A DNA stretch of 61,993 nucleotides, the filler included, from Sluysia triapertura (Eukaryota), in NCBI GenBank assembly GCA_046118255.1. It is 5 parts of 5 records of this genome, joined end to end, with 100 filler letters (N's around TTAATTAATTAA, not from the genome) between each part and the next. Parts side by side here need not be neighbours in the genome. Positions count along the whole stretch, not along the records: positions 1 to 13,321 come from JBJNIA010046680.1; 4 more parts are not named here. The stretch is one strand, 5' to 3'. Positions 1-13,421 of this stretch are shown here, piece by piece; the first letter of the stretch is position 1; each line of letters opens with the position of its first letter. The notes under the pieces are model-generated. The model saw nothing but the letters and a program-made list of their open reading frames with translations, did no database searches and was not told the origin of the DNA. Position numbers and translations under genes: made by a program.

Positions 1-175
1 ATCGAGTGCAGACATATATATATATATATATATATATTCAAAAACCGTACATCCAATAGCCGTGAAAATTTGGTAAATTGTTAGGTATATCCCCGAGGTT
101 TTTGAAAAATTTTTTTTAAATCAGAGTCGGGGTTCTAGGTGCAACCATGGTAACCATGAATATAAATGTTTGGTA
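1..175. mobile_element. Non-autonomous Helitron/Helentron-like (HINE-type) repeat fragment with internal (TA)n
   Basis: Locally GC-richer block with (TA)n at 14-37 followed by aaaaccgtacatccaatagccgtgaaaatttgg, a layout resembling DINE-1/HINE-type elements. Truncated by the window start. Confidence 0.3.
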
Positions 176-269
176 CATATATGTAGGGACAATTTTATTG
201 TTAATTTTCATTTTGATGTATTGTATACATTTGATCATTAATAATTTATGTTTGATGTATCAAAACTGT

Positions 270-520
270 CTTTTAACACAGTTAATTTATTATAAGAAAA
301 AGAATTTTGCCTTTCCTTAAATATTTCATAATCTTCCAGTAATTTAACATTTTCTGGTTTTTGTTTGTATATTTTCGAGACATAAGCAGCATGTAATCTA
401 ACACCTATCTTATTGTTACTGTTGTTTCTGTATAAATTATTATATTTTAACGTCATTCAACTTGGTTACTGAAATTTTTACCATTTCTAAGAAATATTCA
501 GTACTTGGTATTGATCTATT
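270..520 (-). mobile_element. L2/CR1-clade LINE ORF2 C-terminal remnant
   Basis: Minus strand reads STEYFLEMVKISVTKL ... RLHAAYVSKIYKQKPENVKLLEDYEIFKERQNSF, matching the LINE 3' pattern P.YL..L ... K.WN.LP..VK......FK. DNA similarity to 2920-3000, 3255-3330 and 30780-30885. Confidence 0.5.
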
Positions 521-1850
521 CTTAACAACTAAATAATCCCGGAATTAATTTCTCATTAAACCGATGCTTTACAAAATTTTTGTATTTTAAAGGTACGTGC
601 TTATCTAAATAAAAGATAACTTCTTGTTGTGCATTCTATGTCATCTGTAAAATTTATTATTTCAAATTTAATCGATAAATATGTAATAAGCTCATAGATG
701 TTAATGATAAGTTTTGCTTACTTTAATTCTACTTTAAGAGTAAATAAACAATGATTAGATATATTTACAAATTCATTCACTTTCATAATACTATCAATAT
801 TAGTTATTCAAATATCTAATTTGCGAGTTTTAAATTTTACGCGGTTCATTAAATTGAATATATTTAGAAATTTAATTAAAACATTTTTCAAACATTTTAT
901 ACAATTTTAGTGTTTGGATTTTGATTCAAGATTTTCCTTTTTTAAATTTCCATACATTTTGACATTTATGTAAATTAGCTGTATGATTAAAATCACTTTA
1001 ACTTTTGACACAATCTATGCACGTGAGAAAGTGTTCGTTTTGTTTATTTGGACTATGATTTTTAGAAGAGCATAAATACATTGGTTCAGTTGATTGTGCA
1101 TTCATGTGCATTCAAAAGATAAGTAGTGATAACATTGTATAATATGATAATAATTCGTAACTTTACATCTTAAAAAACAACATATATCTTATTATTCGCA
1201 TTAAAATGTTTTTAATTTTGTGTCCTTTAATAAAAACAATTATAGAAAATCAAACTAAAGTATAAAATCTAAAGTTTCACTGCCCTTAACTAATCGATCA
1301 GTATCTACATTTTATTAATAATATTAGTGATTATATACTCTCACGAATATCGTTACTTAAATTATTAATCACAAGTTTAGGTAGAATGAACTGCCGATTT
1401 TAATTAGAAATACATTTAAGAACAAACATGAAATTTTTATAAAATTTATCTTTTATGCAAAAATTAAAATCATATAATAGAAAAAAATTACCAGGAATAA
1501 TATAAGTTAATTGAAAAAAATAAAGTTTTGTTTAATAAGCATAAACATATTTACAGAATTACAGTTGTAGGCAATAATTTTCAAAATAAAAACCAAGTTG
1601 ATAAACAGTTGTAATCATCGAGAATCTTATCTAAATGCTAGACTTAATTATACCTCTTAATTGGATTACAATAAAGAGGTAAGGAATATAAAAAAGAAAA
1701 GTTCACAACAGGTAGAAAATATTTTAACCAAAATAACAATTACGATAAGAAATAACGACATAAAACTGAGCACGAAATAAATTTTTAATTCTATATAATT
1801 TTCTAGGAAAATCAACTTGCTTTTTTGGTAAGATTTTTGAATTTTATTCA

Positions 1851-1886
<36 letters not shown>

Positions 1887-1994
1887 CATTATTATTATTT
1901 TATTTATTTCAATATTGTGATCATTATAAATTTATTAGTTGTGATTAAATCTATTAATGAATTAGGATTTTTATCTATCTTCGATTAAATTATG

Positions 1995-2350
1995 TTTTAT
2001 GTTCGTCTCTGATACAGTAACTGTAGTTTGAAAATCATATAATCATATCATCTTCTTCAGTATTTAAATATGAATCTTCTTTTCCCAACAATAAAGCGTG
2101 TCCTATATATTTTGCAAAAATTGCTGCAGGTTTTATTTTAGAGAAAGGACTTATATTATATTTGTAATACCTAAGTTATATTTAATGAATATAAATTTGT
2201 ATGCACTTTGCTGAAGAATTTAATTCACAATAAGAATAATCTTTTAGTAAATTGCCAAAGACGACCAAAAATGACTCTTTCATTCTATGTAGATTGATAA
2301 ACTAGACCTTATTTTTTGCTAAATATTTTGCTAAAGGGATGAATGTAATT
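1995..2350 (-). pseudogene. Decayed two-exon coding fragment, product unknown
   Basis: Acceptor at 2351-2352. A GT-AG intron at 2171-2206 (36 nt) joins ...ELNSSAK to YYKYNISPFSKIKPAAIFAKYIGHALLLGKEDSY in frame. In-frame stops are present. Confidence 0.25.
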
Positions 2351-2358
2351 CTAAAATA

Positions 2359-2583
2359 TTAACCACCTGATAGTTTTGCCCGAACTGCACTCGGGCGTGA
2401 CATTTTCCCGTACACTGACGATCCCGAGTCTTGTTCGGCAAGTTTTGGTTTAACTTGTAGATAGTGATTTGCTCGAGTATTTAATTTTATTGTAATTAAT
2501 TAATTGTATTAATAAATGTAGTCAAATAAAAATAAAAAGTGACAATTTGTTTAACCATTTTCTCAAAAAATTCCGACTGTTAA
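2359..2583 (-). mobile_element. ~225-bp non-autonomous Helitron/Helentron-like repeat, copy 1
   Basis: Aligns over its whole length with the reverse complement of 6761-6986. Subterminal GC-rich hairpin GCCCGA-actgcac-TCGGGC at 2378-2396. TTAA at both ends. Confidence 0.55.
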
Positions 2584-2789
2584 GTGATTAATGCAAGTAA
2601 AAAATTTAGTCAATTTTATTATTCAAATATATTAAAACAATATTTTTCTAATATATTGCAATAAACATACAAATAATGAATTTTATTTAGATTTATTTCT
2701 TACAATTTATAACCAAATCTCTCAATTTAATCAAGATTACTTTTGATAAACGAAATTTCTTATTTAGACAATCTGCTCAAATTGCATTT

Positions 2790-3330
2790 TATCAATGCTT
2801 TAGTCAGAAAATTATTTCCTGTAAGATTTCACATGACATCTTATCTTAAAAAATTACATTGCTTACCAATAAAATCAAGGGAGGAAATCAAAATTCTTAG
2901 TTATTCAAAATATTTTATAAGTTCTGAATATCTCTTGGAAATAGTAAAAATTCCAGTAACCAAATTAATTATGGCTTTAAGATACAAGAATTTTTGCAGT
3001 GATATATTACGTAGTTTGTTTCAAAAATACAATCACCTACCAAGGAATGTTAACACTTAAAACTTTACATCCATTACCGACTATTTTACGGAATCTAAAG
3101 ACATGCATTTTTATACATAAGATGAAATAACTCCTAAACAGCACATCGTTGAAATCAAATCTTCACACGATTTTAATAAATAGATAAACTTTTTTAGACA
3201 TTTGGCTTCTATAAATTTTTCTATAAAGTCCATGTTAATGCGGGCTGGCGCTTTAAGTGTTAAATTACTGGAAGATTATCAAATATTTTTAGAAAAAGGC
3301 AAAGTTTATAATGAATTATATTTTAAGCGT
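2790..3330 (+). mobile_element. L2-clade LINE ORF2 C-terminal remnant ending in a short-repeat tail
   Basis: RFHMTSYLKKLHCLPIKSREEIKIL matches the L2 motif HITP.L..LHWLPV..RI.FKI. It is followed by SEYLLEIV, KYNHLPRNV and VKLLEDYQIF, then (att)/(gattat)/(gtt) repeats at 3342-3390. Confidence 0.6.
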
Positions 3331-6300
3331 TTTCGAGTATATATTATTATTATATATGATTATGATTATGATTATTGTTGTTGTTGTTGATGAGGTTTCA
3401 AAAAAGTTTCACAATTCTGTTAATTTTGTTTTGAATGTAATATTTGACCTACATCATTTTCCATCAGAAAACTTTTCATATCTTAAACACGATTCATACT
3501 TTTGATGTTTAGTAGGGCTAATTTTTAAAAACTAAACAAATTACACTAAATTGTGGCAAGGCTTATTTTCAAAATAGATAATATTATCATTAATGAATGC
3601 AATTGCAGTAACACATAGAGAATTACACAGGATATATGTAAAAACGAAATACTTTTTCAACTTTTTTAGTTAAATGTTTCGGTTTTCTTCTTTTCACCCA
3701 ATTTTTATATTATTCATAAATTATTTAACTTCTTTTCGTTTTTCCTTTGATTGTTATATTCTTAGAGAAATAACTCTGTATAATTAACTCTGTATAAAAA
3801 AATTACCCTCACACAATAAAATAACCTTATTTGGTTTATTTCGGAAGTCAATAATGTATCCTCAACAAAATCTAGCATATCAAGATAATTAATTTTTGCT
3901 TGGATTTTAGTTTTTAATTAAAGATTTTTATTGATAAAATGAATAATGTATTATATATTGTATGTAATTATTTACATAAATGTAGCTTAATAAATAACTT
4001 AAATTATAGCTTAGAAATTAAATTCAAATTATTCAATATAAGATAGACATGTATTCACAAAATAAATATTTTCCTATTCTATTTGAAAAATGTATTTGTA
4101 GGGCTTTCTTGTTAAACGTGAAACTTTACAAAACGTTATGTAGATATTTGTAAAATTGCTTATGGTTAGTAAAATAATAAGGTTTAAATAATAAAATCTT
4201 GATTAGTGTATGTAAAATAAAACAAACATACTTCTAATCCATAATTTTAAAATATCGTTTTCGAATTTTACAGATTTAAAACCGAGCATAAATAAAGCAA
4301 GTATTATTGAAATTATTAAAATTATTTTCCAATAATAAGTACTGGCAACGCGAGCGTAAGAAGAATACTGATTTCTTATCCAATCATTTATTTTTAACGA
4401 AAACTTAAATGACGAACAGCCCTAAAAGTAACATAAGTACAAGGTAATAGAAATAAATACTTGAAATTGATATGAACTCATTAGATTTAAGGTTCATTTA
4501 GCGTATAAAAATAAACATTAAATTTTCGTGTATAAAAAGTATTTGTTATTTATACCAAAATAGAATCAGATTTATATTTAAAATAACACAAAGTATTAAG
4601 TTTTAAACACAAGTTTTCATTACAACTGCATTTTAAGTCACAACCAATTAAATTTATTTAAACTTTATAATTTTATATAATTTGATTTGGATGGTCAATG
4701 TAATTGATGCGACTAAACAAATCATAAAAGGACAGCCAAAGAATCATTATAAATCTCTAAAAAATGTGATGGAATGCTTTTCTTGAGGTCACTTTTCAAA
4801 AAATGAGGTTAGTTGATTTAAACTGTCAATAGGTAATTTATGTTATTCGGTACATTAACCGTAGTAATGCGTTATTGAAGATGCTTGTGTTTCTTGCAGT
4901 TATTATTAGCTGCACATGTGTATTATAGATAAAAGTAGAAACAAATGTAAGGACATAACCATTTATTTATATCTACATCATAGTGACTACTTGGAGGTCT
5001 TGCTCGTTTTGTCTACAGCCACTTATAAATAGACCACCTGTATAAAAATATTTTAAATAAAATGTGCCAATAATAATGAATGTGAAAAATATGATTTTAT
5101 AAATTGAAGGAAAAAATTAAAATTTTACTTTGTAGCTTAATAAAATTGGTTCTGTATATTAATTAATTTAAATTCAATGCTTAGAAAATCAAAATAACAT
5201 TTAAGCTCACTTAAAAGAGTTTTATAATTATCACAATAAATATCAATAATCGAGAAGAAAAGTTAAATATTCCAAATGAATATTAAATTATAAGTCGAAT
5301 AACAATTAACTTTATAAAGCATAAATATGATAATAATCACACACTAGAAATTCAACAAAGGACAATCTGCCAAATCTATAAATTAAATTAAATCAGTATA
5401 ATCCATTTCCTCTAACAATATAACTCGAATCTGGCGCACAGTCGAAATATAATTATTCATTCACGATCCCAGTAATTTTTCTGTGAAATTTAGAAGTCAA
5501 ATCAGCTTGCTTATGTAATAACTTTTAATCACATCGATTCATTTAATCTATATTTATCAAATAACCCACAATGGAGCACATGATGAGTTTCTTCTGCTGT
5601 ATGAAACCGATATTAATTAGTCAAACCAACTTAGATTTAATCTACAAAGTTTGATTTGGTAATGTTGCTATATTATAAACTGGTTTAATACCTTGAAAAT
5701 GAACCGAATGACTTTCTTTAGGCTTAAGGCCTTTACTTTTTTTGCCGAAATTCAATTTGGGCTTAAGGCTCTTGATTATCGACTGAACGAGAGTACCTTA
5801 AACCATTAATTAACAATTTATATTGAGTTTTAATATCACTACAATATTATTTAATATTACTACAGACTCAAAGCCTTTTAAACATGAGAAAAATAACGCG
5901 CATTACTAAGCTCTGAAATGAATTTAACAAGTAATTAAAAATAAAATTTAAAATTTACATATTACGTGGTCTTATTTAAAAATAACTTCAATCACAAATA
6001 GAATAATGCAAAGCTGTGAGTCCATCTACTTAAGGGCTAGTCCGTATGATATAAAATAATTTACGGAGGTCTAATTTAAAATGTGAAGATTAAATTCAAC
6101 TGTAAAATTATTTCTTGTATAAAACTTATATTTCTCACTTATATATCTTATATATCTTTAACTTAACACTAGATAACTGAATTTAGTAATGCATTTATTT
6201 CATGCAATAATGCTAGGTATTTTGAGCAAGATTAAAAATAATATAATTTTATATATGATTCCAATTAAGCAGAATCTAAAAAATAAATGGAATTTACTAT

Positions 6301-6760
6301 CGATATGATAACATAAATAAGATTAATTGTAATATTTTAAAACTATATTTGACAACTACTTCAAATAAGGTAAATTATATTTAATTGTTATAAAAGAATA
6401 TACAAGAGTAATAATAATATATAAAGTTTACTAGATTAACATTAATGTACTTATGAAAATTTTAATAAGAATTTTAAAAGGATTTAAAAATCCTTGAAAT
6501 GAATTCAGGAGATTTTAAGATTATTTTGCTGTACTATTTAAGCAGTGTAAAAAAAACTTAGAATAATTAGCTAACGGTTAATAATGATAATTTTATAAAT
6601 GTTTGAATATCCCTTTATCCAGTAGCGAAAATCATAAGAGTTTGTAAATTTGCAGAATTCCAACAAAAAAGAACACTCGACAACGTTTTAAAACTTTAAA
6701 ATCAATATTGTCATAACTCTGATTCAAAAACTCTTGCTATGTTGTGGGTTCAATAGATTT

Positions 6761-6986
6761 TTAACAGTCGGATTTATTTAAGAAAAGGGATAAAAATTGT
6801 AACTTTTATTTTTATTTGACTACATTTATTAATACAATTTATTAATTACGATAAAATAAATTTACTCAATAAGTAGCACATCACTATAAACAAGTTAAAA
6901 TAAAACTTGTCCTAAAGAGACTCATGATCGTCAGTATACGGAAAAATGTCACGTGTGAGTGCAGTTCGGTTAAAAGTAGTGGTTAA
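6761..6986 (+). mobile_element. ~225-bp non-autonomous Helitron/Helentron-like repeat, copy 2 (inverted relative to copy 1)
   Basis: Shares ccgaactgcactc, gtgacatttt.ccgta.actgacgatc, attgtattaataaatgtagtcaaataaaa and tccgactgttaa with 2359-2583 on the opposite strand. Confidence 0.55.
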
Positions 6987-7144
6987 ACTACTTTTTATAT
7001 GAAATTTATTGACCTTAAAAGGTCTTAATTATTTTCATTATTGTTGATCTTAAAAGGTCGTAGCAATTATTTAGTATTAGTATTTAAAGTACTATTTTTA
7101 TTTTATTATTAATATTAATATTTTCTATTATTAATAAAATAGTT

Positions 7145-7296
7145 NNNNNNNNNNNNNNNNNNNNNNNNNNNNNNNNNNNNNNNNNNNNNNNNNNNNNNNN
7201 NNNNNNNNNNNNNNNNNNNNNNNNNNNNNNNNNNNNNNNNNNNNNNNNNNNNNNNNNNNNNNNNNNNNNNNNNNNNNNNNNNNNNNNNNNNNNNNN
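7145..7296. other. Within-scaffold assembly gap (152 N)
   Basis: N run without the linker motif. Confidence 0.95.
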
Positions 7297-9440
7297 CTTA
7301 TATTTGTTATTGATTTTTCCCTGAAATCTTACTAATGATCTTTAAATTAATTACATAATAGAATTCAATTAGTTTCTGGTTTTATTTCGAAAATTTATGT
7401 TTTTTGTAATGAAAAGCTTGTTTTATCACTTTACTGTCACAAATGCTGTTTACGCTAATTCGAAATCAATTTATGACTCAATTTTTGTAATTCGGATAAA
7501 CTCTAATTGTAAATTTTTAGTCGATTTCCTATATAATCGAAATTATTTAAAATCAAGTTTCAAATTCCTTATATCCGGCAAATAATTGGCAGCATTAAAT
7601 TATGCATTAGAAGTCATGCATATTTGAATATTTTCAAAAATTACACTTGTTTTCGATTTTAAATTACGATTTTATTTCGAAATTTGATTTTGCTTGATGA
7701 ATCCTTCGTAAGAAAACAATGTTGCCAGAGTTTAACTTTGGAGAAGTGACAATTTAAGTAGGATAATATTTTTAAAGTTTGACTTTTATCAATCGTTTTC
7801 AATATCGATCGATTTTATTATGATTTGTATTTATGTACAACTTGTTAAATTGAGCCCTCCATTTCAACATATTTATTTTTGGCGCCCCAAACAAAAAAAT
7901 CATAACGCCAATATAAAAAAAACAAAAAATAAAATGTACTTTTCTGCTTCTTATAAATTAAATAAATTAATATTAATATTTTTTCAACACGTCGCTGTTA
8001 TTTAACAGCTGCTGTTTCGCGATTGTGATAGCAGTGTCTGCTAACGTTAGTTTAAATTAAATATTAGGAACAATAACAGTTCTAATTATTTAACAAAAAT
8101 AAATAAAAATTAACAAAATTAAATTTTAATTCTTTATATCAAAAATGCAATATAATGTCTGTTAATATTTCGCTTCTGTTATTTGGCGATTGTGATAGCA
8201 TTCTGCTAACATTATTTTTATTTAACACCCAAAAAATAGAATACCAAATAGTATAACACCTCTAGTGCACACGTATAATTACTTTATGAATTTGTAAGTA
8301 TATTTGCTTTGAGATTTTATTCTTGATGGTTGTTCTACATCAAGATCGTAAATTATGGAATTAGATGATGGAATTACTTGAATTGGTAAAAACAAAACTT
8401 TGTTTGTAAATTCTAACATTTTAAAAATTTTTAGCGCACCTTTGCAATACTGAAGTCTGGCTAATTATTACTCAATAATTTCTTTATGATTTTTGTATGA
8501 AACAAAGATTTATAAAATATTTTCAATTAATTTTATTCTCGCCAAAAATTTATAAAATTTCATTCTATAATTATAGTTAAGTTATCCACATAGCTGATTT
8601 TATTGTATGTTCGATTTTATTCGAGTTATATATATACACTGAAACACGTCCAGTTTCAGGAAAAAGTTTGTTTTAGTTAAAATAACAGATTTGCAAAATC
8701 AACTAAGTGTGTATTTTGTTAACTGTGTGTGCATAATTACAGATACTTACTGAAAATTAGATAATTAATGTATTTCACACACTTAAATTAAGAAAAATAT
8801 TCTCTAAACTGAATAAATAGTAAATTTTGACGGCTTTGAAACTTCTGCTTAGCTATTACTCTTTGCAGTCTTCTGTAAAATTCTCTATGAATTTGGGCAC
8901 AGTCATCCATGATTTCTCTTCATCCTCCAATGATACCTGTTTTGAACATTTGAACCAGAATCCTCTGATTTATTTTCGGAATCATTACTTCCCTGATCAT
9001 TAGTTACTGTTTCAATTCTTTTATCATAATTATCCTTGTTTCAATATTATTTGCATCAAGCAGATTCATAAATGATCTATTTTTAAGCTAATATTTTAAA
9101 AAAACACAATCATCCGTCCAGTTTGAGAATGTTCCAGTTGCATGGTCAATTTTATTATTTATTATATTTTTACCGTTATATGGCCAAATTTTCTTCACAT
9201 AATATTCAATTTTATTTCATAATTTTACTTATAATTCTGACCATATTTTCATCCGATTTATTTATCTGTTATTTATTCTATGTATATAATAGCTTTTTTT
9301 ACATCCGCCTTCTGCATTGTTCTAAACTCCATTATTCGTTTTTGTTAATCCATTTTCGAATTTTTTTGGCTTTTCTTGACGAAATTTATTTTAATTTGTA
9401 TACTTACAAAATTTACATGCATTATTATTAATTGTTTTAG

Positions 9441-10134
9441 AATCCTTTCATATCTACGGTGGAATAGCAGCTCTAGATTCGGATTCTCTATGTCCACCAG
9501 TTGGAAGCGACGCGAATTCCAATTTTAATGCATTTTCTTTTTATCAAGTCAGCAATAATAATAATTTCAATTCACCGTTGATTCAGAATAATAATACTCT
9601 TAACAAGAAGCATTATTGGGCCAAAGGAACTGGCTTCGGTACTGGTAATATGTATTCAGCTTGGGATACTGAACGTTATTTAAATCGACAGAAATTCGAA
9701 GAGAAGCATTCGACGATAATAATTTCTAGTTTAACAGCATGTATTAACTGTACTGATAAATTACCGATGTGTTTTGTGTCAAAATTATACGAATTTGGAT
9801 TGATTCATGATTTTGTCTGTAGTCAGTTACGCAATGACTCTGTCTTAGATATATCGAAACATGTACCTTTATCGAAAGCGTTGTTGGACTTTATCAGAGC
9901 GTTACTGAAGCATGGGTGTTGTTTTGGATTATTATTACCTGAACTGGTTAAGTGGAACGGAGATTGTGTTGGCAAAGGCTATTGTTTCCTTGACGATAAT
10001 GAAATAATGAAATCGATTAAGTTTTCGTACAAGTATGATCAAAATACCCACTCGGTGATCAGTAATGAAAATAGTATACGTCAGCTGATGATCAAATTTC
10101 AAAATTGTGTTGATACTTACATCAAACGACTGAA
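9441..10134 (+). CDS. BIRC6: BIRC6/BRUCE internal exon (DUF3643 region)
   Basis: Acceptor ttttag ends at 9440; donor gtaggc at 10135. Encodes HYWAKGTGFGTG, LRNDSVLDISKHVPL and CVDTYIKRL, all characteristic BIRC6 motifs. Confidence 0.93.
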
Positions 10135-10809
10135 GTAGGCATTTTAATTTTATTAGCAACAACGAAAATTATTAAAAAGGCACTCTTTTATTGAGCTTAT
10201 AATTTAGAAAAGTTCCTTCAATTGTTAACTTCAAATCAAAAGAACAGCCTCGGAAATTAACTCGTCAACTTTCAATTCGTCGAAAATCAAATTATAATTG
10301 GTTGTTAGTTAACTTTTGTTTTGCTGTTTAGTGAAATACTTTCTTTAATCAAAAATTAGAGTGTTACGTAGAATTTTCAAAATGATCCTTCATTGGACAT
10401 TCAAAAGATTGCATACCTCAAAATTTTTCAATTAATTTAATAAATAAACAATTTTGTTGAAAAAAACTGAAATTCAATGATAAACTTTGCATTTTGATGC
10501 AGAATAATTAATAAGATAAGATAAGTTCGGACAAGTTCTGATTTGAAATCAGAAATTATGAAATCTCATCTTTAAACCCCGAACTATTCTGGACATAGAA
10601 CAAATCATGATTCCCAGACTTAATAATTGAAATACTGATCAAATACTAATTATATCGCTTAGATAATTTTATTTCTTTGTGAAAATTTGGACTTCTAAAG
10701 CTACGATTGTTTCTTAATCTTGATAGCATGCAAGGATCTTCGAAATTTGAATAGTAATTTTCAAATAAAGCTAATATTTTAGCACTTTTGACTTTCATTT
10801 TCTCGACAG

Positions 10810-11138
10810 ACTATCAAGAAATTGTTCTGGCATTCGTCAGTCGTCACGTTCGAACAACAACGAAACCGGAGATCCGAATAAAGAAGAAATAAATTCTACA
10901 GAACAATTAGTTCAATTGCTTCCAGAAATAACTGAAACAATAAAATTATTAGAAGATACGGTCACTCGTTTATATGCAGAACGAAATCAATACATTGAAG
11001 AAAAACAAAAAGAAATCAATTGTGCTACATCGAATAACAATGACGTGAACACTTCATCTTCCGGTGGATCACAGCTGCACTCTAATACTAACATGGAAGA
11101 GACCATTTATGTGAATACTTTGAAAAATTTACAGTTCA
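10810..11138 (+). CDS. BIRC6: BIRC6 internal exon
   Basis: Acceptor ctcgacag and donor gtaagt at 11139; phases match both neighbours. Encodes LLPEITET ... EETIYVNTLKNLQF (cf. BIRC6 LVPDIQKT ... EEKYVAVMKKLQF). Confidence 0.9.
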
Positions 11139-11178
11139 GTAAGTTGTTGTTATTTTGTTTAATTTTATACTATTTAAG

Positions 11179-11674
11179 AAATTATGGAAATCATTCCTAG
11201 AGTCAAAAATGCGAATGAATTAAGTCGGGAAGATTTCTTAACTCATCAAAAAATGATCAGATATCGAACACCGTATTATTTCATGAGACATTTGGAATCA
11301 GGGTCAATAGGTGGTCCGAATACTTCGAATTCAGCCAGTTCCAATTATATGATTCGTGCTCGTCGATTAGCTCAAGAAACTGTGACACTAAGTACCAGTT
11401 TGCCTCTCACTTATGATAGTAGTGTGTTTGTGCGTTGTGACGAAAATCATCTCGATGTCATGAAAGTTATCATCACTGGTCCCAGAGATACTCCTTATTC
11501 CAATGGTTGTTTTGAATTCGATGTCTATTTTCCGAGCGAATACCCACGAAATCCACCTATGATCCATCTACAGACAACTGGCGGTGGTTCTGTTCGCTTT
11601 AATCCCAATTTGTACAATGAAGGCAAAGTGTGCTTATCAATTTTAAATACTTGGCACGGAAGACCAGAAGAAAG
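11179..11674 (+). CDS. BIRC6: BIRC6 exon encoding most of the UBC (E2) domain
   Basis: Follows a 40-nt intron (11139-11178). Encodes [39 protein letters not shown] and [26 protein letters not shown] with the catalytic Cys intact. Probable donor AG|gt at 11675. The remaining exons were not found before the contig ends. Confidence 0.96.
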
Positions 11675-11929
11675 GTTACATTTTACATTGGATTAGTCTA
11701 TGTTGAGTTGCATTATTTAAAAACTACAATTTTTATCGAGTAAAATTTCGTATTTTAAAAGGAAATTAATTATTGAATTAAATTTATTTTCAAAACTTAT
11801 TAATCCTTTCGGGACGGGCTTTTTCTAAAAATCAATTCTTTGAAAGATATCAAAAAGTGTCAAATGTAATTTTTATTCATCTAAAAGTTTTTTTTCCTAT
11901 GATATATATAGTGAAACAGTCGAGACATC

Positions 11930-12650
11930 ATAACCTAACATTACAATCATTACACATATCTACTCGCCTTTTTTCATTTTTACTTCCACTGCATACAATA
12001 CAAACATTTTTGAGAGTTTTTGGTAAGGCCAGATACAGGAATAAATGATGGAAAATGTCAATAATTTGATGGCCAACCTTTTTAACTTAAAAAATTCAAA
12101 ATAATCATTTCATTCATAATATCTCATTTACTAACATTTCATATTTTGTATCCTATTTTTTAGATCCATCATAACCATTTTTATTTTAAACACTTTAAAT
12201 TCACAACTTTACATCAAAATCAAACTTACATTCAAACTATTAAACTGCATTTCAAATCTCATTTAAAGCATTCTTAACTCACAATCCCACAACATTTGAA
12301 TCACAATTTACATCTTAAATTATCATAGAAAACGTTAAAATCAATCCAAAATATTCCAAGTTTACATTTCTTTAACAACTTTGAAAAACATTAAATTCAC
12401 ACTTTAAAACCATTTTAAGCTTTCCAATCAAAAATGAACTTTGTCTCTGATATTTTATTTATATATAAAGAAAAAAATATAGATTATTTAAAGAAAGAAA
12501 CAGAAATATATGTAAAGTTTATGCATTACATTTTTGTTTTTATTATTTTATTATTATTATTGTCATTATTATTTTATTTTAGTTATCTTATTATAATTAT
12601 TATTATCAACTCTTTATTTCATTATCATTATTTTTATCAATTTTAGTTAT
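11930..12650 (+). repeat. C-rich strand-skewed 'WWPT' repeat, copy A, with (ATT)-rich tail
   Basis: tgatggccaaccttttt at ~12067 and downstream sequence align with 32537-32850 (I*WPTFL..NISFTNISYF vs LW*PTFL..NITFLNISHF). Strong G depletion on this strand. Confidence 0.7.
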
Positions 12651-12792
12651 ACTATATGTTATTGTAACTATTTAACTATATTCAAAACAGATTTGCCTGT
12701 CACCATTTTAATTATTATTTAACTATTTTTGTAAACTTTATGGTCATAGGCACATAAATCCACATGCATTCATTAATATGCTTTTTAGTTAA

Positions 12793-12862
12793 TTGATTGG
12801 ATGTCCAATCAAATCTGTTTTTATACTATACTTATTGATACTACTGCTGGACATCCAATCAC
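12793..12862. promoter_or_regulatory. CCAAT-containing palindrome downstream of repeat copy A
   Basis: TTGATTGGA-tg-TCCAATCAA at 12793-12812 and a second tggacatccaatca at ~12848-12861. Confidence 0.35.
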
Positions 12863-13321
12863 AGCACATTCCAATTAATATTGATATCGTAATAGACATA
12901 ATATAAAATTTTTCAATACTCAGTAATTGGTTTAATGTTATTTTTAATAAATTAACTTATCCGTCTATTTTAAGACAAATATTTAACCAGTCTAGTAAAA
13001 TATCACAATATTTAGTTGCTAAATCAAAAATAAATCTAATACAAATTGTGATTTCACATTATTTTAGTTAATTATTAATTCATCCATGTTGCTCATTAAA
13101 TCAAAAGAATTCAATAAATTAGTCAAAGTGAATATAAGTATTTCATGTAATCTTTTAGTGTCTGTACGCAATGAAACAAAACCTATAGATTTTCAATTTA
13201 CTGATTATTATCAAATACCTAAAATATTATGTTCTGCTTCAAACAATTGTGATTTTTCAACTCAAATTAGACCAAATACAAACGATTCATCCTTTAGTTT
13301 TTTAGGTTCGTTTACAATGTC

Positions 13322-13421
13322 NNNNNNNNNNNNNNNNNNNNNNNNNNNNNNNNNNNNNNNNNNNNTTAATTAATTAANNNNNNNNNNNNNNNNNNNNNNN
13401 NNNNNNNNNNNNNNNNNNNNN
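13322..13421. other. Artificial contig linker
   Basis: 44 N + TTAATTAATTAA (stops in all six frames) + 44 N. Confidence 0.97.

Noticed and set aside
270-3330. Inverted VKLLEDY.IF peptide pair as a novel gene family
   Set aside because: Explained as L2/CR1 LINE ORF2 C-termini; a third copy is attached to a clear RT core at 30.8-31.4 kb.
8018-8210. Direct repeat gcgattgtgatagca..tctgctaac (two copies)
   Set aside because: Probably internal repeats of a small non-autonomous element whose ends could not be defined.
8850-9130. Acidic minus-strand stretch ending SWMTVPKF (piggyBac transposase N-terminus-like)
   Set aside because: Too short and broken to support a call.
9935-10162. Antisense or overlapping short ORFs (also 16220-16405, 18582-18893, 19341-19553, 20055-20381, 20453-20653, 45005-45217, 60891-61091)
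   Set aside because: Shadows of real or decayed coding sequence on the other strand.
11675-13321. BIRC6 truncated or fused to downstream contigs
   Set aside because: The contig simply ends within an intron; sequence beyond the linker is unrelated.
13322-13421. Perfect palindrome TTAATTAATTAA recurring at ~11-13 kb spacing (also 25813, 37016, 50641)
   Set aside because: Always centred in 44+44 N; an artificial six-frame-stop contig linker, not biology.
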